Counted from the stretch's first letter, positions 29,178-39,732 are shown. The stretch is DNA of 64,000 bases from Trichormus sp. ATA11-4-KO1 (GCA_019358915.1 JAHHIM010000006.1:32001-96000), one strand, 5' to 3'. Notes: generated by a model not told the origin, from the sequence alone. Made by a program: numbers and translations.

Positions 29178-29365
29178 ACAAAAACTCACTTTAAATTAGG
29201 AAAACTAGAGTTAGCTAAAAAGCTTGGGCGATCGCATAGCTGAAAGTAAATAGCATTAGGCTTTTGCCTAGTCAAGACTAGCTTTTAAGCAAGTCATACT
29301 ACAGCATTCATTTAATGGAACGCTTATCCGAATCACGTATCTTAGGATTTGCAATGATTTCTCAA

Positions 29366-29580
29366 CTGGCATTTCCTAGTTACATTGGCTACAATGCCAG
29401 CATAATCACCCCCATCGGATATGATGGAGTAATGTATCTGAGCAGTAGAGGCAATTACGCCTACTCATCATTGATTGCCTGAAGCTTAGGGCTGTATGCC
29501 GTTGGTTGTTATTTGTTGTCAGGTGAGTCCGCGCCTGGATCTGCTTCGTCAGTAGAAATTGCATGGGAAAACCCTGACAA
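29366..29580 (-). ncRNA. Candidate structured RNA or long 5' leader
   Basis: TATGAT -10 box at 29585-29590, four successive stems, CA-rich linker, no convincing ORF. Confidence 0.35.
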
Positions 29581-29608
29581 GTGAATCATACCCTAAGTAT
29601 AAATCAGC

Positions 29609-29638
29609 TTGACAAAGAAATATTAATATTAATATAAT
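29609..29638 (+). promoter_or_regulatory. Sigma70-type promoter, probably for prfB
   Basis: TTGACA-N18-TATAAT. Confidence 0.65.
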
Positions 29639-29817
29639 TCCCATCTTTTCTTTATAAAGCTTTGTCGTGCAGCAATTCGTCTTGTTGCTCAAAGCTTAAT
29701 CACACAGGTTTTGTAACTTATACCAACAGTGCAGGAGAATTTGCCCAACTCCAGCTAAAATCAAAAAGAAATAAACTACTAATATCCATCCAAAGCGCTC
29801 TATAGTTAGCAAGCACT

Positions 29818-30940
29818 ATGGAAATTCTCGAACTCAAACGCGAAATCGAAACATTGTCCGGTCGTCTGGGTAAAGCCCAGGACTATCTTTGACGTACCTG
29901 CACTTACCGCCAAAATTCAAGACCTAGAACAAATTGCTGCACAGCCAGAATTATGGGAAGACCAAACCCAAGCCCAAAAAACCCTGCAAGAACTCAACGA
30001 CCTCAAAGCCCACCTCCAGCAATATGGTCAGTGGCGAGCCAATCTAGAAGATACTAAGGCAGTGGTTGAGCTATTGGAGTTAGAAACCGATGAGGCTCTA
30101 TTGCAAGAAGCGTCATCTACGGTTACCAAGCTCAATCGAGAACTTGACCAGTGGGAATTACAACAATTACTTTCTGGCCCCTATGACATGGAAGGAGCAG
30201 TGTTGACAATTAACGCTGGTGCTGGGGGTACGGATGCCCAAGACTGGGCTTTTATGCTGATGCGGATGTATACCCGTTGGGCAGAAGCTCACGGCTACAA
30301 GGTCAGTTTAGCCGAAGAATCAGAGGGTGATGAAGCTGGCATCAAATCGGCAACTCTGGAAATTACTGGCCGCTATGCCTATGGTTACCTGCGATCAGAA
30401 ACAGGCACACATCGCTTGGTGCGGATTTCACCTTTCAATGCTAATGGCAAGCGACAAACCAGTTTTGCGGGAGTGGAAGTGATGCCGCAGTTAGATAACT
30501 CTGTGCAACTAGACATTCCAGAAAAGGATTTGGAAGTCACCACATCCAGGGCTGGTGGTAAAGGTGGGCAGAATGTCAACAAAGTAGAAACAGCTGTCAG
30601 AATTGTGCATATTCCCACGGGTATTGCTGTACGTTGTACAGAAGAACGCTCTCAGCTGCAAAATAAAGAGAAAGCCCTCGCCCGTCTCAAAGCCAAACTA
30701 CTAGTTATCGCTAGAGAACAAAAAGCCCAAGAAATTGCGCAAATTCGCGGTGATATGGTGGAAGCTTCCTGGGGCAACCAAATCCGTAACTATGTGTTTC
30801 ACCCTTACCAAATGGTAAAAGATTTGCGGACAAACACAGAAACAACGGCGATCGCGGATGTGATGAACGGCGACCTCGATTCGTTTATCCAAGCCTATCT
30901 GCGGCAAGAAAACCAGCTAGTAGAAAGTACTCCCGTCTGA
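29818..30940 (+). CDS. prfB: Peptide chain release factor 2 with programmed +1 frameshift (CTT TGA C at 29887-29893)
   Basis: 24-codon [17 protein letters not shown], then +1 frame continuing to SPF and GGQ motifs; AGG upstream of slippery site. Confidence 0.96.
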
Positions 30941-31091
30941 TAGAACATAGATAACAGGTAATGGGTATAGGCGTTTTGTTCAGTATCTATCCCCTTTACC
31001 TGTTTCCTCTCTGCAAAATGGGCAAAATGGCAATAGAAGCCTAGGTAAGCTGTTACATTGATAGATATAAAACATTTTGTGTCAAATTATT

Positions 31092-31247
31092 ATGAACAAC
31101 TCACCGGCAACGGAACCTAAACCAAGCTACGTCAAACTTGCCATGCGAAATATGGTGCGTAAGGGTGGTACTTCCATGAAACATTTTGCTCTGACAACTG
31201 TCGGGCTTTTAGCTGTTCTCGTGGGTCTAGCTTATTTAACTCGCTGA
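31092..31247 (+). CDS. DUF3285 small membrane protein (51 aa, missed by the ORF track)
   Basis: Translates to MNNSPATEPKPSYVKLAMRNMVRKGGTSMKHFALTTVGLLAVLVGLAYLTR; lies between prfB and ybeY. Confidence 0.88.
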   Translation: MNNSPATEPKPSYVKLAMRNMVRKGGTSMKHFALTTVGLLAVLVGLAYLTR

Positions 31248-31288
31248 CGACAAACCATAACCCAAAGCGTGAGGAGAGTTTTTAGCTG

Positions 31289-31816
31289 GTGCGAGTTGAA
31301 TTAGATGTACAGGATTTGTTTTACGAATTGTCCCCAACAGCAGCAACAAATTTTGGGGAAAATGATGTGCGAGTTGCTCCTGAAACTTGGGAAGACTGGT
31401 TCGGTCAATGGTTGGAAAATCTACAGCCTGGTCTGCCGCTAGCACCAAGTTATGAAATCGGGCTACGTTTGACAGACGACGCAGAAATTCAGTCACTAAA
31501 TGCTCAATATCGTCATCAAAATAAACCAACGGACGTTTTAGCCTTTGCAGCATTAGAGGTAAATTGTCCTCAAAGTCCGGAAATGGCAACTGCGCCTTTG
31601 TATCTAGGTGATATTGTTGTTTCGGTAAATACTGCTCAACATCAAGCTCAACAGCAGGGACATAGTTTACCAACTGAGCTGGCCTGGTTAGCCTCTCACG
31701 GATTACTGCATTTGTTGGGTTGGGATCATCCAAATGAAGAGGAATTGAGGAAAATGCTCAAGCAGCAAGTAAAATTACTGAAGACAATCGGTATTGATAT
31801 TGACATAGAATATTAA
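31289..31816 (+). CDS. ybeY: rRNA maturation endoribonuclease YbeY
   Basis: LN..YR....PTDVL.F, LGDIV and HGLLHLLGWDH motifs. Confidence 0.95.
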   Translation: MRVELDVQDLFYELSPTAATNFGENDVRVAPETWEDWFGQWLENLQPGLPLAPSYEIGLRLTDDAEIQSLNAQYRHQNKPTDVLAFAALEVNCPQSPEMATAPLYLGDIVVSVNTAQHQAQQQGHSLPTELAWLASHGLLHLLGWDHPNEEELRKMLKQQVKLLKTIGIDIDIEY

Positions 31817-31937
31817 GGATTCTTTAGGTCTGTAAGTGTTTATAATACTTCTGTAGAAAATTGCGTCAAAAGCAGATTGCATCATTATAATTGGTGAAAT
31901 TCCTCTGTAATTACCCTATTGTTCTATTTTTAAGCTT

Positions 31938-32393
31938 ATGTCACAACAAGTTTCCCCTCCACCCACACCAAACTGCTTACCAACGCTGATAAATAAGGAA
32001 CGGGAACTTTCCTGGCAAGTAGCCTCTAGTTTATTCATTAGCTTTAAATATGCTTGGGCAGGAATCAGCTATAGTTTTCAAACTCAACGCAACTTTCGCA
32101 TTCACATAAGTGTTTGTGCTTTAGCGATCGCCTTAAGCATTTTCTTACATCTGCCAGCAGTGGAAATTGCTGTTATTGGTATAACTAGCGGTTTGGTTTT
32201 GGCGCTGGAGTTAATCAATACAGCGATCGAATCTCTTGTGGACTTAACTGTAAAACAGACATATCACGATTTAGCAAAAATAGCCAAAGATTGCGCTGCT
32301 GGTGCTGTACTTGTCTCTGCTTTGGTAGCAGTGCTGGTTGCTGGCACGCTCTTGCTTCCGCCTTTGGTAATTTTAATTATGTCAAATTTTTAG
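31938..32393 (+). CDS. dgkA: Diacylglycerol/undecaprenol kinase (DgkA family)
   Basis: SFKYAW.G, ELINTAIE..VD and AKD.AAGAV motifs. Confidence 0.9.
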   Translation: MSQQVSPPPTPNCLPTLINKERELSWQVASSLFISFKYAWAGISYSFQTQRNFRIHISVCALAIALSIFLHLPAVEIAVIGITSGLVLALELINTAIESLVDLTVKQTYHDLAKIAKDCAAGAVLVSALVAVLVAGTLLLPPLVILIMSNF

Positions 32394-32585
32394 ATTTGCT
32401 TGCTGATGCCACCTTGTCTGATAAGATTTTGAAATGTTTCCTAGATGGTGACCTCAGGCAAAAAAAATATATGTCTGCTATCAGCAGAGAAATTTTTTTT
32501 AATTAATCACAATGACCTTCACAGCAATTCTCATCTGGTAACAATTAAATATAGTATGAGTAATAGAAACCAGGAGTTATAGGCT

Positions 32586-33185
32586 GTGATTATAGTTATC
32601 GATAATTACGACAGCTTTACATATAATTTGGTGCAGTATCTGGGAGAACTAGCAGCAGAGTTTCCTGTAGCATCGGATATTCAAGTTTTTCGCAACGACA
32701 AAATATCAGTAGATGAAATTCGCGCCTTAAATCCTGAGGTAATAGTCATTTCTCCTGGACCCGGCCGCCCAGAAGATGCCGGAATATCCCTAGATTTGAT
32801 TGCACAACTAGGTCATAACTTTCCCATTTTGGGTGTATGTTTGGGACATCAAAGCATTGGGCAAGTATTTGGTGGTAAAATCGTCTCTGCTCCAGAGTTA
32901 ATGCATGGTAAAACTTCTCAGGTATCTCACACAGGAGTAGGTGTTTTCCAGGGATTAGTAAATCCTCTGGTCGCAACCAGATATCACAGTCTGGTAATTG
33001 ACCGTGAAACTTGCCCTGAAGTATTAGAAATCACTGCTTGGGTTGAAGATGGCACAATTATGGGAGTGCGACATCGGAACTATCCCCACATTCAGGGCGT
33101 CCAGTTTCATCCAGAGAGTGTCCTTACATCTTCAGGAAAACAGTTGCTGCGAAACTTTCTGGAACAATTACAGTTAAGAGAGTGA
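32586..33185 (+). CDS. trpG: Anthranilate/aminodeoxychorismate synthase component II (glutamine amidotransferase; trpG or pabA)
   Basis: IDNYDSF, SPGPG, GVCLGHQ, RYHSL and QFHPES motifs. Confidence 0.9.
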   Translation: MIIVIDNYDSFTYNLVQYLGELAAEFPVASDIQVFRNDKISVDEIRALNPEVIVISPGPGRPEDAGISLDLIAQLGHNFPILGVCLGHQSIGQVFGGKIVSAPELMHGKTSQVSHTGVGVFQGLVNPLVATRYHSLVIDRETCPEVLEITAWVEDGTIMGVRHRNYPHIQGVQFHPESVLTSSGKQLLRNFLEQLQLRE

Positions 33186-33955
33186 TCATGAAACGACGAC
33201 AGTTGATGGGCTATGCTGGAGCAGGGTTAGTTACAGCTCTGGTTACTACATTGGGTTCCCACCGAAAAGCTGACGCACAATCTAGCGGTTTATCAGTTCA
33301 GTGGTTGGGTCATACTTGCTTTCTATTTACTGGTGGCGGAGTAAAAATTCTCGTTAATCCATTTCAGACTATTGGTTGCACAGCTGGTTATCGTCCACCC
33401 AAAGTTGTGGCAGATTTAGTACTGATTAGTAGTCAATTGCTGGATGAAGGTGCGGTGGATGGACTACCAGGAAATCCTAAGCTAGTATATGCACCGGGCG
33501 TTTATGAATTCCAAGGTATTAAGTTACAGGGAATTCCCATAGATCACGATCGCAAAGGTGGTAGACAGTTCGGCATAAACACCGCTTGGAGTTGGCAGCA
33601 AGGGGGAATTAATATCCTACACCTAGGAGGAGCTGCTGCACCTATTTCCATTGAGCAAAAAATCCTCATGGGACGTCCAGATGTGGCGTTAATACCTGTG
33701 GGAGGTAGTGCCAAAGCATACAACGCTCAAGAAGCCAAGCAAGCGGCTGAAGTATTAAATCCTCAGATAATCATTCCCACTCATTACCGCACACAAGCGG
33801 CTGATGCTGCTGCATGTGATATTTCGCCACTGGATGACTTTTTGACTTTGATGCAGGGCATGACAGTACGTCGTAGTAATAGTGATAGTATTGCCATTAG
33901 CTCTGGTAATTTACCAGAAAATAGTGTAATTCAAGTTTTAAGTTACAAGTTTTAA
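33182..33955 (+). CDS. Metallo-beta-lactamase-fold protein with Tat signal
   Basis: MKRRQLM twin-arginine leader; WLGHTCF, IPVGG and IIPTHY motifs. Confidence 0.8.
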   Translation: MIMKRRQLMGYAGAGLVTALVTTLGSHRKADAQSSGLSVQWLGHTCFLFTGGGVKILVNPFQTIGCTAGYRPPKVVADLVLISSQLLDEGAVDGLPGNPKLVYAPGVYEFQGIKLQGIPIDHDRKGGRQFGINTAWSWQQGGINILHLGGAAAPISIEQKILMGRPDVALIPVGGSAKAYNAQEAKQAAEVLNPQIIIPTHYRTQAADAAACDISPLDDFLTLMQGMTVRRSNSDSIAISSGNLPENSVIQVLSYKF

Positions 33956-34011
33956 AGAAACACGTATAAACTAAAAACCTACATTGATGATTGCAGTGAG
34001 TATAGGTAGTC

Positions 34012-34120
34012 AGCCCTTTTGACGAAATTTTAGAATTTCCACCTTTGTGGTTTAAAAGTTATTTTTCTACCACTAAGACACTAAGACACCAAGAAAAATA
34101 CATGACACCCTAAAAGGGCT
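34012..34120. mobile_element. MITE-like element with AGCCCTTTT/AAAAGGGCT ends
   Basis: 9-bp terminal inverted repeats around (CACTAAGA)-type internal repeats, between convergent genes. Confidence 0.45.
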
Positions 34121-34135
34121 AATGTAGATAGTTTA

Positions 34136-34987
34136 CTATTTTCTTTGAGGAATGACATTCCTGATGCCGCTTTTACAGCTAGTATCACCTTTGTAACGAG
34201 GGATGATATGAATGCTAGTGTGCATAATATTTTGACCAGCTTCTCGATTAATATTCATGCCTATATTAAAGCCATCAGGGTCAAATTCTGCCTTGAGAAT
34301 TTCTTGTACTTTGTTCACCATAAACCAGCAGGCAGATTGCTCTTTTAATGGTAGATCAAAGTAGTTACTAACATGACGTTTAGGTATAACTAAAATATGT
34401 CCTTTACTTATAGGGTAGCCATCAAAAATAGCATAGGCTGTTGCTGATTCAGTTAATAATTTGAGATTTTTATGGGGATTACAAAATATACAGTAATTAG
34501 ATGTATGCCGTTGCTGATTATAATGAACATACTGATATAATTCTCGATGCTCATCTAAATAAATTGAATTAAATGGCAGTTTAACAATACATTGATATGT
34601 AGGTTTTTTATGAATATAATGTTCTCGAAACCCTACTTTTTTGATATCTCTTCTCACGGCATAGTAAGCTTTACCTCCTGGTTTCAATAAATGTGATATT
34701 TGCATCAGCACATTAGCTTGTTCTTCAGAAAATAAAACATTTAAAACGTAAAAACAAATGATTGTATCAAACTTATCTTGAGGATATTGGGGAAAATAAT
34801 AAGGGTCGTAGCCTGTAATATCGCAGCCTTTTTGATGTAATAATTTAAAATCATTACCAAAGCCACAACCAAAATCTAGTATTTTACCTTGCAGCAGATT
34901 TTGATTTAATAAAAATTGTGCAGGGAATGACAAGTAATTTCTTTCTATTGCTGTGAGATGATTGAATTGATTTTTTTGCTGTTTCAT
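34136..34987 (-). CDS. Bifunctional class I methyltransferase / HIT-domain protein
   Basis: ILDFGCGFG, YDPYY and YVLNV; then CIFC, YP.SKGH, GFNIG.N...AGQ and HTSIHIIPR. Confidence 0.85.
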   Translation of the reverse strand: MKQQKNQFNHLTAIERNYLSFPAQFLLNQNLLQGKILDFGCGFGNDFKLLHQKGCDITGYDPYYFPQYPQDKFDTIICFYVLNVLFSEEQANVLMQISHLLKPGGKAYYAVRRDIKKVGFREHYIHKKPTYQCIVKLPFNSIYLDEHRELYQYVHYNQQRHTSNYCIFCNPHKNLKLLTESATAYAIFDGYPISKGHILVIPKRHVSNYFDLPLKEQSACWFMVNKVQEILKAEFDPDGFNIGMNINREAGQNIMHTSIHIIPRYKGDTSCKSGIRNVIPQRK

Positions 34988-35115
34988 TTTCCCCTGTCTT
35001 CAGGTGCATCTCGTTCTAACCAAACCATCTGGAGATTGGCTTCTCTGCTTTTTTAGGTAGCTATAGTTAATGATTTTGCTCATATCTTCAGGCGATCGCA
35101 TCAGCATCAACACTT

Positions 35116-35160
35116 AAAAAGATCCCCGACTTCTTGAAGAAGTCGGGGATCTGAGTCTCT
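35116..35160. repeat. Palindromic repeat AGATCCCCGAC..GTCGGGGATCT; second copy is the core of the element at 49850-49952
   Basis: Near-identical palindrome plus GAG.CTCT tail at 49881-49921. Confidence 0.8.
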
Positions 35161-35526
35161 TGAGTACTATATCTATTTTGGGAAACGTATATATACACAC
35201 AGACAACAAACTATAAATTAAAATAAAGAAATTTGTTTTTTCCCTATCCTAGATAATAGAATAAGAATCGTAACTGGAGATACAGATATTTGATTTGTCA
35301 TTCTATCTACCTCATATTTACGAGTAAGTGAGTACAACTTAATATATTGCAAAATAACTTGCCTAATTCGCTGCAAAGACTTACAGGTAAAGTTTTTTGT
35401 AGTGAGTACAGAAATTCTTAACCCTCTACCCAAAAAAAACTAGTACCCCCATTGTGAAACACTAGCACCCCTACCCCAAGATAAATTTTAAATTTCTGTT
35501 AAATAAGGATTTTAAGGTGTGAGTAC
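35161..35526 (+). promoter_or_regulatory. nif-type promoter region with four TGAGTAC boxes (putative CnfR/PatB sites)
   Basis: TGAGTAC at 35161, 35329, 35403 and 35520 upstream of nifP; TGAGTATA at 37283 upstream of nifV. Confidence 0.7.
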
Positions 35527-35636
35527 AGCCTTAATTAATCCAATAAATCCAATCGATATTGGATGTACTGTCCAGTTGGGAGCCACCTGATATAAGCATA
35601 AAAATAGCACATGGCTCCTTTAACCAGACACTACCG

Positions 35637-36404
35637 ATGCAACAGTCATTAAACAGTATCAAAAATACCAAGACTGCAATCATGCCGGATTCTCCAAAGA
35701 CATCGCTGCTGGCAAATTTACTCTGTGGCAGTTTTTTGGAGCCATTATTGAGTGATTTTCAGATCATCTTTGAACGTGATCCAGCCGCACGTAATTGGCT
35801 AGAAGTAATGTTTTGCTACCCTGGATTGCACGCACTTTGTTTGCATCGTCTCGCCCATTGGTTGCACCATCGGGGAGTGGGTTTTATCCCGCGTTTGATT
35901 TCACACTGGGGTCGGTTTTTCACAGGAATTGAAATTCACCCAGGTGCGAAGATTGGCAAGGGTGTGTTTATCGACCATGGGATGGGCGTTGTGATTGGTG
36001 AAACTGCCATCGTGGGAGACTATACACTGATTTACCAGGGTGTCACCCTTGGCGGAACTGGCAAAGAAAGTGGTAAGCGTCATCCCACACTAGGTAAAAA
36101 CGTTGTGGTGGGTGCAGGTGCAAAAGTGTTGGGTAATATTCAAATTAGCGATCGCGTCCGCATTGGTGCAGGTTCAATTGTTTTGCGCGATGTCCCCCCA
36201 GATTCTACCGTCGTCGGGATTCCGGGGCGAATTATCTCCCATAAACAAAGCACCAACCTCTGTCCCCTAGAACACGGAAAGCTTCCCGACGAGCAAGCAA
36301 CTGTCATTAGTTCTTTGCTTTCCCGCATTGAACAATTAGAACAACAACTGCAATCCCTGAATATGCAACCCCAGGACAAAGAACTTGTGACAAAGGATCA
36401 TTAA
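35637..36404 (+). CDS. cysE: Serine O-acetyltransferase (nif-associated, NifP)
   Basis: [27 protein letters not shown] and GKRHPT; next to nifV; ATG start chosen at 35637. Confidence 0.93.
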   Translation: MQQSLNSIKNTKTAIMPDSPKTSLLANLLCGSFLEPLLSDFQIIFERDPAARNWLEVMFCYPGLHALCLHRLAHWLHHRGVGFIPRLISHWGRFFTGIEIHPGAKIGKGVFIDHGMGVVIGETAIVGDYTLIYQGVTLGGTGKESGKRHPTLGKNVVVGAGAKVLGNIQISDRVRIGAGSIVLRDVPPDSTVVGIPGRIISHKQSTNLCPLEHGKLPDEQATVISSLLSRIEQLEQQLQSLNMQPQDKELVTKDH

Positions 36405-36406
36405 CT

Positions 36407-36652
36407 ATGTACTCATCTAATAGTTTTGACCCCTCAGAAGATCAAGTTTTGCAGATTCCTTTAGGCGATCGCTGGCGAATTTGTCATCGTTTGCAAGAGT
36501 TGATGATTCCCTGTTCTTGTCACACTGATGGTTCTTTGCGAGTACAGGTAAATAATTTACTGGAAGTGATTTTGATTCGCAGTACCGTGAAGCAATTTCT
36601 CGCTTCTCGTCATGAATTAGTTGAGTGGCTAGAGCGTTGCTGGGATTTATAA
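36407..36652 (+). CDS. Asr1405/Asl0597-family small protein
   Basis: DRWRI.HRLQELMIPC.C...G.LRV and LV.WLERCW pattern; nif context. Confidence 0.8.
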   Translation: MYSSNSFDPSEDQVLQIPLGDRWRICHRLQELMIPCSCHTDGSLRVQVNNLLEVILIRSTVKQFLASRHELVEWLERCWDL

Positions 36653-36792
36653 GTGCTTCTAAAAGTGCTGAGTGCTGAGTCAGAAGATGTGCAGTATATC
36701 AACTCCTTCTCTGCGTGAGACAAATAAATATTCCTCCAAGAGGTTGAAAATTGTTGACTTATTTACCCAATCAATAAATTGAAATTCCCACT

Positions 36793-36990
36793 ATGGCAAC
36801 CTGTAGCAGTGAGATAAAATTCATTAATTTTTTACATAAAGAACTCGAACTTACAAATGCAGATATTGCTGTAGCGTTACGACACCGTGACATTGATAAT
36901 GGCCCCTTACCAATGCTTCTTTGGCAATATGGCCTAGTTAACTTAGAGCAACTAGAACGAATTTTAGATTGGCTAGATGACCAACATTAG
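36793..36990 (+). CDS. DUF2949 family protein
   Basis: FL..EL.L....I..ALR and LPMLLWQYGLV.LEQL..I.DWL pattern. Confidence 0.85.
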   Translation: MATCSSEIKFINFLHKELELTNADIAVALRHRDIDNGPLPMLLWQYGLVNLEQLERILDWLDDQH

Positions 36991-37072
36991 CAGATTTTAA
37001 ATTTGCTTTGAGAGCGTTCTCTTGCTTACACAACAACGAGTCAACAACTTGTAATTCTACGAGGATAATTCC

Positions 37073-37192
37073 ATGATTGTTACCTTAATGGCTGGATTTG
37101 GTATCTTGCTTTTTTCGGGTTTTGCTAATAGCTATATTAGCTATCTGTTACTCGAAAAAACTTTGCCTAGCAACGGTAAAAATAATTTCTAA
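37073..37192 (+). CDS. Candidate 39-aa single-TM protein inside the nif satellite cluster (missed by the ORF track)
   Basis: GAGGA RBS 7 nt before ATG; MIVTLMAGFGILLFSGFANSYISYLLLEKTLPSNGKNNF. Confidence 0.55.
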   Translation: MIVTLMAGFGILLFSGFANSYISYLLLEKTLPSNGKNNF

Positions 37193-37405
37193 ATTATACC
37201 CACATTTGGTTTTCTGTCATACAGATGTGATATTGGTATTTGGCTAATATTAAAGAATCATGAAGATGAACTATTAATTCTGTGAGTATATAGCATTTAC
37301 CATTCATCATTCAGCATTTGTATTAGGCATTTACCATTACCAGAAATGGGAAATCGGCTCACAAAGCATATTAAGTAATAAAGATTCCTAAGAGGGATGT
37401 TTGAG

Positions 37406-38536
37406 ATGAATGAAATCTTAATTAATGACACTACATTACGTGATGGCGAACAAGCCGCAGGTGTTGCTTTTACCTTTGAAGAGAAAATAGCGATCGCTAA
37501 ATTTCTTGATGCCATTGGTGTTCCGGAATTGGAAGTGGGAATTCCCGCAATGGGTGAGGCAGAAACTCACGCCATATTAGCAATTTCTGACTTGGGTTTG
37601 CAAGCAAGATTGTTGGGTTGGAATCGCGCTGTCATTTCTGATATCAAAGCTTCCATTACCTGTGGTCTGAAACGAGTGCATATTGCTATTCCTGTTTCTG
37701 GCATTCAAATCGCTGCTAAATTTCATGGACAATGGCGGGTAAGTTTGCAAAAACTCAAAGATTGTATCAGCTTCGCCGTTGATCAAGGTCTTTGGGTGGC
37801 AGTAGGCGGCGAAGATTCCTCTAGAGCTGATCCCAATTTTCTCTTGGATGTAGCACTTTATGCTCAAGAATGGGGCGCATCACGGTTTCGCTTCTGCGAC
37901 ACTGTAGGTGTCCTCGACCCCTTTAGCACCTACGCCAAAGTTAAAGGATTAGTTGCAGCTTTGTCAATTCCCCTAGAAATTCATACCCACAACGATTTTG
38001 GTTTAGCCACAGCCAACGCCTTAGCTGGGATCAAAGCTGGAGCTGCATCTGTAAATACCACCGTTAACGGGTTAGGTGAACGCGCGGGAAATGCCGCTTT
38101 AGAAGAAGTTGTCATGTCAATCAAACGCATCTATGGCGTTGATTTGGGTATTGACACGCCGCGTTTGTTGGAACTATCTCAACTGGTAGCTGCGGCCTCA
38201 AATTCTCATGTACCACCTTGGAAAGCAATTGTTGGTGAAAATACCTTTGCTCATGAATCGGGAATTCATGCTCACGGCGTACTACAAAACCCCATCACCT
38301 ACGAACCATTTGCCCCTGAAGAGGTAGGTTGGGAACGACGTTTAGTAGTGGGTAAGCATTCAGGAAGGCATTTAGTTACCAGTTTGCTACAGCAACACGG
38401 CATTTTTCTTAACCCTGAAGAAACCCAATCTGTGTTGGATGCAGTACGTCAACAGTCAGTCAAGCAAAAACGCAATTTGACAGTAGAAGAACTTTTGAAC
38501 TTGGTAAAAGAACAGAGGTATTCTCATGCAACGTGA
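37406..38536 (+). CDS. nifV: Homocitrate synthase
   Basis: [23 protein letters not shown] and AHESGIH; overlaps nifZ; alternative start 37397. Confidence 0.95.
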   Translation: MNEILINDTTLRDGEQAAGVAFTFEEKIAIAKFLDAIGVPELEVGIPAMGEAETHAILAISDLGLQARLLGWNRAVISDIKASITCGLKRVHIAIPVSGIQIAAKFHGQWRVSLQKLKDCISFAVDQGLWVAVGGEDSSRADPNFLLDVALYAQEWGASRFRFCDTVGVLDPFSTYAKVKGLVAALSIPLEIHTHNDFGLATANALAGIKAGAASVNTTVNGLGERAGNAALEEVVMSIKRIYGVDLGIDTPRLLELSQLVAAASNSHVPPWKAIVGENTFAHESGIHAHGVLQNPITYEPFAPEEVGWERRLVVGKHSGRHLVTSLLQQHGIFLNPEETQSVLDAVRQQSVKQKRNLTVEELLNLVKEQRYSHAT

Positions 38537-38792
38537 TGAATTAGAGTTGAATTTGCCACCTGTTTTTGAAATTGGGCAAAAAGTCAGAATTCGCAAACTG
38601 ATCAAAAATGATGGTACATTTCCCGGTCAAGAAATCGGGGCAGTTTTAGCGAAAAAAGGAGATATTGGCTACATTGCAAGTATAGGTACATTTTTACAGA
38701 ATTCCTATATTTATGCCGTACATTTTTTAGATACAGGGTTCGTCGTTGGTTGTCGGAAAAAAGAACTAGAATCTGTTGAGGAGAATTCATGA
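38526..38792 (+). CDS. nifZ: Nitrogen fixation protein NifZ
   Basis: IKNDGTFPG...G..L...G..GY and YAVHF....VVGCR..EL motifs. Confidence 0.95.
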   Translation: MQRDELELNLPPVFEIGQKVRIRKLIKNDGTFPGQEIGAVLAKKGDIGYIASIGTFLQNSYIYAVHFLDTGFVVGCRKKELESVEENS

Positions 38793-38992
38793 AAGTAATG
38801 CTAAGGATGAATGATGCCGGAAATTTGGTTGCCTACGTTGCCAAAAAAGACCTTGAAGAAGAAGTAGTCAAACAAACAGATGGGAATGAGGGAAAAATTC
38901 TCACCTTAGCAAATGGTTGGGAGTTAGAATTTCGTGAATTGCCAGACGTAGCAAACTTACCCCTAACTGTAGAAGCTAAACGCCTTGCATAA
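38789..38992 (+). CDS. nifT: Nitrogen fixation protein NifT/FixU
   Basis: MKVMLR, YVAKKDLEE, LANGW and LPLTVEA; ATGA overlap with nifZ. Confidence 0.95.
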   Translation: MKVMLRMNDAGNLVAYVAKKDLEEEVVKQTDGNEGKILTLANGWELEFRELPDVANLPLTVEAKRLA

Positions 38993-39107
38993 CAAGAGTG
39001 CTGAGTGCTGAGTTTTGAGTGTGGAGTGATGAGTTAAAGAAAGTTATGATTCAAAACTCCTAACTCCTAACTTTTAATTCCTAAATTCTATTTATCTTGA
39101 CTCGAAC

Positions 39108-39662
39108 ATGGGTAATAAATATCTGACGTTATCGGAATTGAATCTTGAGGGACAGTTCTTAGGTTTTGTTGGTGATAAGCCAGGGAAATATAAATACTTG
39201 CAATTGGAAATCTCATCAGGAAATGTCCAAATTAAGCTTCCTAAAGAGTTGCGCCGGACTTTGATTTCATCTTTAATACCTGGTGAGCCAATTAGCGTTT
39301 GTGGTATCAGTAAATTGAATCCGCATACAGGTAAAATTAAACTCAAAGCTTATCGGGTAAATTCAATTGATAGTTGCCAAGATCAGAATTTACCATCTTC
39401 ATCTCAAGCAAAGATCATGGTGTGTCAAAAAGCTGGTTGCCTCAAGCGGGGTGGTAAAGGTTTATTGTCAGACTTAGAAAAGACTTTATGCGATCGCGGT
39501 TTGTTGGATCAAGTCAAAATTGAGCGCACTGGTTGCCAAAAACGCTGTAGCAGCGCTCCCAACTGCATTTTACAGCTTGGGAAAAAGAAATACAAAAAAG
39601 TTAATCCAGAGGCGATCGCATCGCTGTTGGAAAATCACTTACATAATTTAGGTCTTGACTAA
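39108..39662 (+). CDS. Thioredoxin-like [2Fe-2S] ferredoxin domain protein (nif-associated)
   Basis: VCQKAGCLKRG and TGCQKRC..AP cysteine pattern. Confidence 0.82.
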   Translation: MGNKYLTLSELNLEGQFLGFVGDKPGKYKYLQLEISSGNVQIKLPKELRRTLISSLIPGEPISVCGISKLNPHTGKIKLKAYRVNSIDSCQDQNLPSSSQAKIMVCQKAGCLKRGGKGLLSDLEKTLCDRGLLDQVKIERTGCQKRCSSAPNCILQLGKKKYKKVNPEAIASLLENHLHNLGLD

Positions 39663-39732
39663 TCAACGGGAGGTCATGATTTGACGTTTCACGTTATCAG
39701 GAAAAGTCTTATGTGACCTCCTTTGTGATGAT

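Noticed and set aside
29520..29580. Hammerhead ribozyme (CTGACGA on the minus strand)
   Set aside because: No correctly placed GAAA and stem II/III could be built
31236..31733. 165-aa minus-strand ORF
   Set aside because: Antisense shadow of ybeY; the same applies to the many short ORFs antisense to sps, smc, acs, nifV and the kinase
35218..35433. 71-aa minus-strand ORF
   Set aside because: Lies over the nifP promoter boxes and has no recognisable features
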